DNA of 64,000 nt from NCBI GenBank assembly GCA_910578645.1, contig CAJTQI010000009.1:32578-96577 (forward strand). Reading direction: 5' to 3'. The notes beneath the pieces were generated by a model that saw only the letters and a program-made list of their open reading frames with translations, did no database searches and was not told the DNA's origin. Made by a program: the position numbers and the translations under genes. Shown piece by piece: positions 57,939 through 64,000 of the stretch; positions within the stretch are counted from its first letter, which is position 1, and every line of letters begins with the position of its first letter. The stretch comes from an uncultured Lachnospiraceae bacterium (GTDB taxonomy: Bacteria; Bacillota; Clostridia; Lachnospirales; Lachnospiraceae).

Positions 57939-58222
57939 AATTCTCCGCAAGTCCTATTAGCGCATTTGTTATAGGATATGCAGGAGGACAAGAAGCCGTT
58001 CATGGTTTAACTGCTTTATTTATATCATTAGAAATTCCTCGTTTCTTCGGGTTTGCGAAGGGAATGGCCTAAACGGATGTGGCTTGTTTTTTTGGACTGT
58101 TCATTATTGGAATCTGCCGTAGGAAATGGCATGATAGGTAAATTTGGCTGTGAGAGATAGCGGATTTGTTATGAATTTTATTAAGAAATATAAAAACGCC
58201 GATTTTACGGCGTTTACATAAC

Positions 58223-58293
58223 AGCGGATAACGGGAATCGAACCCGCCTCTCCAGCTTGGGAAGCTGGCATTCTACCAATGAACTATATCCGC
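58223..58293 (-). tRNA. tRNA-Gly(CCC)
   Basis: GCGGATA/TATCCGC acceptor, CCAGC-TTCCCAA-GCTGG anticodon arm, GCGGG-TTCGATT-CCCGT T-arm. Confidence 0.95.
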
Positions 58294-58452
58294 GTGTGTT
58301 TAGTATAACAGCAAATAAGTAAAAAGAAAAGCATAAAATTTAATTTTTTTAAAAAATTTGAAAAACATATTGTGCTGACGGCTTGTGGACAGTAACATTG
58401 TAAAGGTGACGTGAAAAAGGACAGGAAAAAGTACGAAAGAGCGGGTGCGGTT

Positions 58453-59310
58453 ATGTTATGGATTTTCTTGGTTTTATTGTATGGCATATTGAAAGGCGTA
58501 AGGGAGATTGTCAAGAAGAAGGCATTGGAGAAAAACTCTACTATTGAGGTACTGTTTATGTACACATTTCTGTCTTTTCTTATTGTTTTACCGGATACAA
58601 AGGCAGCAATGGGAATGGAACCGAAATTTTATCTCTATGTGGCAGTAAAATCTTTTGTCATTTTTCTGGCATGGATGTTCAGTTTTAAGGCTATTAAGAG
58701 AATGCCGATTAGCTTGTACGGTGTACTGGATTTGTCCAGGGTGCTTTTTGCCACACTGCTTGGCGTGTTTGTTATGCAGGAGGCATTAGGGATAGGACAG
58801 ACGGTGGGGCTTATCCTGGTTTCTGCAGGTCTGCTTTTGTTAAAATATAAACCGCGCGGTGCACGCGAGGCGGCAGGGGTACAAAGCGTGGAGGCAAAAT
58901 ATGTGGTGATGTCCTTTGCCTCATGTATACTCAATGCCATATCGGGGCTTTTGGATAAAATTCTGATGAAGGAGATTAATAGTGCCCAGCTTCAGTTTTG
59001 GTATATGTTTTTCCTTGTAGCGATGTATTTTTCCTTTATCGTAGTGACCAGAACGCCGGTTAATATAAAGAGTGTGGTACGCAATAAGTGGGTATGGCTT
59101 TTGAGTATTCTGTTCGTTATTGCAGACAGGGCGCTTTTTATCGCCAACGGAATGCCTGGAAGCCGTATTACGGTGATGACGCTACTTAAGCAGGCGGGAT
59201 GCGTGGTGACGATTTTGGCGGGAAGGTATCTGTTTAAAGAGAAAAATACAGGGCATAAGATGGTCTGTGCGGCAGTTATTATCGCAGGGATTGTGATTGC
59301 GGTGGTTTGA
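58453..59310 (+). CDS. DMT/EamA family transporter
   Basis: About ten hydrophobic segments in two repeats; start moved to ATG 58453. Confidence 0.8.
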   Translation: MLWIFLVLLYGILKGVREIVKKKALEKNSTIEVLFMYTFLSFLIVLPDTKAAMGMEPKFYLYVAVKSFVIFLAWMFSFKAIKRMPISLYGVLDLSRVLFATLLGVFVMQEALGIGQTVGLILVSAGLLLLKYKPRGAREAAGVQSVEAKYVVMSFASCILNAISGLLDKILMKEINSAQLQFWYMFFLVAMYFSFIVVTRTPVNIKSVVRNKWVWLLSILFVIADRALFIANGMPGSRITVMTLLKQAGCVVTILAGRYLFKEKNTGHKMVCAAVIIAGIVIAVV

Positions 59311-59552
59311 TTATGGCAAGGGAAAATTTCTTGTAGGTTGGAGGAGGAGTATGGTATACTGACTCTATGAATGTAAACGGGGAACAGATATTCGTGGTGA
59401 TTACAGAGAATCTAAATAAACAAGGATTTATTCAGCACGGGATATAACAAGAAAAGGAAACAGAAGACATTAGTGTGCAAAATAGATTTTTCACACGTAA
59501 ATTTGTGCCTGCGGCCCAAATTCGCAGGCTATGGAAAGGTGAGGTTATTGAT

Positions 59553-60236
59553 ATGGGAATTATGGGACGGTTTAAAGACATAATGGCGTCAAATGTAAAT
59601 GCACTTTTGGACAGGGCGGAAGACCCGGAGAAGATGATAGACCAGTACTTAAGGAATCTGGAGTCTGATTTCGCCAAGGTGAAAGCAGAGACGGCTTCCA
59701 TTATGGCGGAGGAGAAGAGCGCTAAGAGGAAATTAGACGAGTGTGATGAAGAAATCACCAGGATGGGCGAGTATGCCAAGAAAGCGGTGACAGCAGGGAA
59801 TGACAACGATGCGCGCCAATTCCTGGCAAAGAAGGGCGAATTGACGAAAAAGAGAGAAATACTTGCGAAAAACTATGAGTTGGCGCAGTCCAATTCTGGA
59901 AAGATGCGGCAGATGCATGACAAACTGGAAGGCGATATCGCTTCTATGAAGAGTAAACGCGACATGCTGAAAGCGAAAGTAAAAGTAGCGGAAACACAGA
60001 AAAAGATAAACGGACTGGGAGCCGGATTGGAGAGTGCAGGAAGCCACGCGGCAGCTTTTGACAGGATGGAGGATAAGGTAAACCGGATGTTGGATGAGGC
60101 GGAAGCAGCCAGTGAGTTAAATAAGCCGGCTTCCGGTAATGATATCGATGCCTTGGCAAGTAAGTATGACTCGGTGGGGACAGATTCCGGCGTGGAAGAT
60201 GAGCTTGCGGCGCTTAAGGCGGAGATGGGACTGTAG
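59553..60236 (+). CDS. pspA: PspA/IM30 family protein
   Basis: MGIMGRFKDIMASNVNALLDRAEDPEKM, AFDRMEDK, VEDELAALK. Confidence 0.92.
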   Translation: MGIMGRFKDIMASNVNALLDRAEDPEKMIDQYLRNLESDFAKVKAETASIMAEEKSAKRKLDECDEEITRMGEYAKKAVTAGNDNDARQFLAKKGELTKKREILAKNYELAQSNSGKMRQMHDKLEGDIASMKSKRDMLKAKVKVAETQKKINGLGAGLESAGSHAAAFDRMEDKVNRMLDEAEAASELNKPASGNDIDALASKYDSVGTDSGVEDELAALKAEMGL

Positions 60237-60351
60237 ACATCATGGGATGCAGGGTGGATGGAGCGTGCTTTTGTTGTGAAAAAGGATGCTTTATAGAAAT
60301 CTGACGCTGTCGGTACAATATATTAGGGATATATCATGTTGGAGGAAGAGG

Positions 60352-61332
60352 ATGGGCTTTCTAAAAAATCAATTTTCAAATGTAATAGAGTGGAATGAGA
60401 ACGGGTCGGGCGTACTGTTTTATAAATGGCAGAACCAGGAGATTAAGAAAGGTTCCAGGCTGATTATCCGTCCGGGACAGGATGCTATTTTCCTGTACAA
60501 CGGGAGAGTGGAAGGGATATTTGAGGATGACGGGGATTATGATATCGAGTCTGACATCATTCCGTTTTTGACTACGCTTAAGAGTTTTAAGTTTGGGTTT
60601 AACACGCCGCTTAGGGCGGAAGTGTTGTTTATCAATACGAAGGAACTGTTGGTCAAGTGGGGGACGAAAAATGCCATTAACCTGCAGGCACCGGGGCTTC
60701 CCGGAGGTATGCCCATACGCGCGTTTGGGACTTTCAACTGCAGAATTGTGGAACATGACGTGGTGATTGAGAAACTTGCTGGGATTCAACAGACTTATAC
60801 GGTAGAGGATGTGAAGGAACGTATCATCGCAAGCCTGGACCAACTTTTAATGAGTTGGATTAGCAGGGAAGGCAGAGATATGTTCAATCTTCAGGCGGAT
60901 GCGAGAAGCATTGCAAAGGGGATTGAGACGGACTTAGACATGGATATGCGTAAACTAGGTATCGGCATATCCGGTTTTACGATTGAAAGTTTTTCCTATC
61001 CGGAAGAAATTAAGAAGATGCAGGAAAAAGCGGCCGCACAGTCCATGGTGGGCGATATGGGAAGATATACGCAGATGGCGGCTGCAGACGGCATGGCGAA
61101 AGGAAACCGCGGCGGCAGCGGACTTGCGGCGGACATGGTGGGTATGCAGATGGGCATGGCCATGGGACAGCAGATGATGAACCAGATGAATATGGGCGGC
61201 ACAAGCATGCCGGCACAGTCTGGCATGGCGGCCCAGGGCAGCGGTGCGGGGCCGAAGTTTTGTCCCAACTGTGGCACACCCACCACAGGCTCTAAGTTCT
61301 GCGGTAATTGTGGGAATAAGCTTCTTTCATAG
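60352..61332 (+). CDS. SPFH domain protein with C-terminal double zinc ribbon (YdjI-like)
   Basis: EIKKGSRLIIRPGQ, KWGTKN, CPNCG..CGNCG. Confidence 0.85.
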   Translation: MGFLKNQFSNVIEWNENGSGVLFYKWQNQEIKKGSRLIIRPGQDAIFLYNGRVEGIFEDDGDYDIESDIIPFLTTLKSFKFGFNTPLRAEVLFINTKELLVKWGTKNAINLQAPGLPGGMPIRAFGTFNCRIVEHDVVIEKLAGIQQTYTVEDVKERIIASLDQLLMSWISREGRDMFNLQADARSIAKGIETDLDMDMRKLGIGISGFTIESFSYPEEIKKMQEKAAAQSMVGDMGRYTQMAAADGMAKGNRGGSGLAADMVGMQMGMAMGQQMMNQMNMGGTSMPAQSGMAAQGSGAGPKFCPNCGTPTTGSKFCGNCGNKLLS

Positions 61333-61397
61333 ATTGCCCGGACAGACTGTTATGATTCGGGAAGCTGTGTTATGGGAAAGATGGAAACGAGGAAAAC

Positions 61398-63875
61398 ATG
61401 AGTATATACGATACTTTAAATAACAGGCAGAAGCAGGCGGTCATGCAGACGGAAGGACCAGTACTGATTCTGGCAGGTGCAGGCTCAGGCAAAACCAGGG
61501 TGCTCACCCATAGAATCGCTTATCTGATTGACCAGGAAGGTGTAAACCCTTATCAAATCATGGCGATTACATTTACCAATAAAGCGGCAGGGGAGATGAG
61601 AGAACGTGTTGACAAGATTGTCGGCTTCGGTTCGGAACAGATATGGGTATCTACTTTTCATTCTACTTGCGTGAGAATACTGCGGCGGTACATAGACAGG
61701 ATTGGGTATGATAATAATTTCACAATCTATGATACGGATGACCAGAAGGGCGTGATGAAAGAAGTCTGTAAGAAGCTGCAGATTGACACGAAGATGTTAA
61801 AAGAGAGGACAATCATGGGAGCCATATCTTCGGCGAAAGACGAATTGATTGACCCTGTTCAGTATGAGATGCAGAATTCTTTTGATTATAACGGAAGCAG
61901 GATTGCCAAGGCGTATAAGGAGTACCAGGCTGTCCTGCACAAGAACAATGCGCTTGATTTTGATGACCTGATTATGAAGACGGTAGAACTTTTCAAAGCG
62001 GATGCCCAGGTACTGAATAATTACCAGGAGCGATTCCGTTATATTATGGTAGACGAGTACCAGGATACAAACACGGCGCAGTTTGAACTTATCAGGCTTC
62101 TTGCGGGTAAGTACCGGAACCTGTGTGTGGTGGGCGATGACGACCAGTCTATCTACAAATTTCGCGGCGCCAATATCCATAATATTCTGGATTTTGAGAA
62201 GGTCTATCCGGAGGCGTGTGTCATTAAACTGGAGCAGAACTACCGTTCCACACAGACTGTCCTTGATGCGGCCAATGCAGTGATTAAGAATAATACCGGA
62301 CGAAAGGAAAAGGCACTTTGGACAGAGAAGAAAGAGGGAAGCCGTATTCATCTGCGTCAGTTTGACACTGCTTATGAGGAGGCGGAGTACATTGCCGGAG
62401 ACGTGGCGAAGAAGACCAGAGAGGGAGCCGCGGAATACGGGGAATGTGCCGTGCTGTACCGCACCAATGCCCAGGCGCGCCTTTTGGAAGAACGCTTTAT
62501 TATGGAAGGGGTTCCCTATGATGTGATTGGCGGCACCAACTTCTATGCCAGGAGGGAAATTAAGGATATCCTGGCATATCTTAAGACGATAGATAACGGC
62601 AGGGATGACGTTGCGGTAAAGCGTATCATCAATATCCCGAAGAGGGGAATCGGTATGACGACCATTGTGCGCGTCCAGGAATATGCGGACAGCAGGCAGA
62701 TTAGCTTCTATGATGCGTTGCGGGAGGCGGAGCAGATTATGACAATCGGCAGGAGCGCTTCTAAGTTACAGCCCTTTGTGACGATGATACAGACCTTCCG
62801 GAGCAAGCAGGAGTTTTATAGCCTGGAAGAACTGGTGAGGGATATCCTGGAGACGACGGGGTATGTGAAGGAATTAGAGGAATCAGACGAAGAGGATGCG
62901 GCGGACCGTATCGAAAATATCGATGAATTAATTAGCAAAGTGGTGGCCTACGAGGAGACTCATGATGAACCGAACTTAAGTGAATTTCTGGAGGAAGTGG
63001 CGTTAGTTGCCGACATTGACCGTGTTGGCGAAGGAGACAACAGGGTGCTTCTTATGACGCTCCATTCCGCCAAAGGACTGGAATTTCCCCATGTGTACCT
63101 GGCAGGGCTTGAGGATGGGATTTTCCCCAGTTATATGACGATTATGTCCGATGACCCTATGGAGATTGAGGAGGAAAGGCGCCTTGCCTACGTGGGTATT
63201 ACGAGAGCGAAAGACGACTTGACAATCACCTATGCCAAACAACGCATGATACGCGGAGAGACACAGTATAATCCGGTGAGTCGTTTTATCAAAGAAATTC
63301 CCCCGTTATTGATGGATGATAAACTTCCGGTTTCAAAACACCGGGACTATCAGGAATATGAGGAAGATTCCAGGGAGCGGAGTTTTTTCAAGGCGAAACC
63401 TTTTGAGACAAGACCCTATGAGAGGGGCGCCTATAGGGACGGAGGTTCCCTGGAAAAATCTATTTTGGAGCAGTCGCCATACAGGCGCGTCCCCGATAAC
63501 ATATTTGATAAGACGAAGACAGAAAAAATAACGGATGCGGTCCCGATGCAGGGTACCGGAACGGCTTTCGGGACAAAACCGTCACTCGGCATACCAGGCA
63601 GACCTAAGGCGGTTGTCAGACCCAAACGTACGGCACCCGAGAACCAACCATATATCACCAGGGCGACACAAGGCGCCGGGGCAGTTTCACTGGTGTCAGC
63701 AGGCACCACGAATACAGACTACGGTGTGGGGGACAGGGTACGGCATATGCGCTATGGGGAAGGAACAGTGCTTAAGATTGAGCCAGGACCCCGGGATTCC
63801 CAGGTGACGGTCATGTTCGATGAAGCAGGCCAGAAAATTATGTATGCAGGATTTGCGAAACTGAAGAAAGTGTAG
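61398..63875 (+). CDS. pcrA: ATP-dependent DNA helicase PcrA
   Basis: AGAGSGKT, DEYQDTN, GDDDQSIY, HSAKGLEF, EEERRLAYVGITRA, C-terminal GDRVRH Tudor domain. Confidence 0.96.
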   Translation: MSIYDTLNNRQKQAVMQTEGPVLILAGAGSGKTRVLTHRIAYLIDQEGVNPYQIMAITFTNKAAGEMRERVDKIVGFGSEQIWVSTFHSTCVRILRRYIDRIGYDNNFTIYDTDDQKGVMKEVCKKLQIDTKMLKERTIMGAISSAKDELIDPVQYEMQNSFDYNGSRIAKAYKEYQAVLHKNNALDFDDLIMKTVELFKADAQVLNNYQERFRYIMVDEYQDTNTAQFELIRLLAGKYRNLCVVGDDDQSIYKFRGANIHNILDFEKVYPEACVIKLEQNYRSTQTVLDAANAVIKNNTGRKEKALWTEKKEGSRIHLRQFDTAYEEAEYIAGDVAKKTREGAAEYGECAVLYRTNAQARLLEERFIMEGVPYDVIGGTNFYARREIKDILAYLKTIDNGRDDVAVKRIINIPKRGIGMTTIVRVQEYADSRQISFYDALREAEQIMTIGRSASKLQPFVTMIQTFRSKQEFYSLEELVRDILETTGYVKELEESDEEDAADRIENIDELISKVVAYEETHDEPNLSEFLEEVALVADIDRVGEGDNRVLLMTLHSAKGLEFPHVYLAGLEDGIFPSYMTIMSDDPMEIEEERRLAYVGITRAKDDLTITYAKQRMIRGETQYNPVSRFIKEIPPLLMDDKLPVSKHRDYQEYEEDSRERSFFKAKPFETRPYERGAYRDGGSLEKSILEQSPYRRVPDNIFDKTKTEKITDAVPMQGTGTAFGTKPSLGIPGRPKAVVRPKRTAPENQPYITRATQGAGAVSLVSAGTTNTDYGVGDRVRHMRYGEGTVLKIEPGPRDSQVTVMFDEAGQKIMYAGFAKLKKV

Positions 63876-64000
63876 GCCGGAAAGGAAGAATCGGATGTCC
63901 CTGACACCAGTGCAGAATCTACAGTTGCATAACCAGATTGAGCGGGTGCTCCATGTACCAGGCAATTACAGAGGCGGGATTTTAGAGATGGCAATCGTCA

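Overview
Chromosomal window from a Clostridia bacterium, most likely Lachnospiraceae (inferred from gene content, order and protein style). Most of it is housekeeping: rarA, OPT transporter, panT-coaX, coaBC-ispF, T-box cysE-cysS-mrnC-rlmB-sigH, PBP1A, mgtE, typA, ssb, lysine riboswitch-dapA-dapB-fbp, hisA, csp, pspA-SPFH, pcrA and two tRNAs. Accessory content: (1) the tail of a mobile element at the far left; (2) a two-component/ABC/GH66 alpha-1,6-glucan utilisation locus; (3) a ~5.9 kb AT-rich, integrase-less prophage remnant in tRNA-Thr(GGT), bounded by a degenerate duplication of the tRNA 3' end, with a face-to-face promoter switch, ImmA plus repressor, an endolysin and a candidate type I toxin-antitoxin module; (4) a four-gene surface-polysaccharide cluster: triple-domain CE4 deacetylase, a hyaluronan-synthase-like GT2 with an N-terminal PilZ-like domain, a second CE4-like membrane protein and a GH18 lipoprotein. 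Cluster (4) is the best candidate for an undescribed system, a possibly c-di-GMP-controlled chitin/chitosan- or hyaluronan-like polymer pathway in a presumed gut commensal. Also notable are a structured leader upstream of panT-coaX (candidate pantothenate/CoA regulatory RNA) and a dispersed, covarying structured repeat that ends at the RBS of four different genes. All calls come from motif recognition by eye; no database searches were run.
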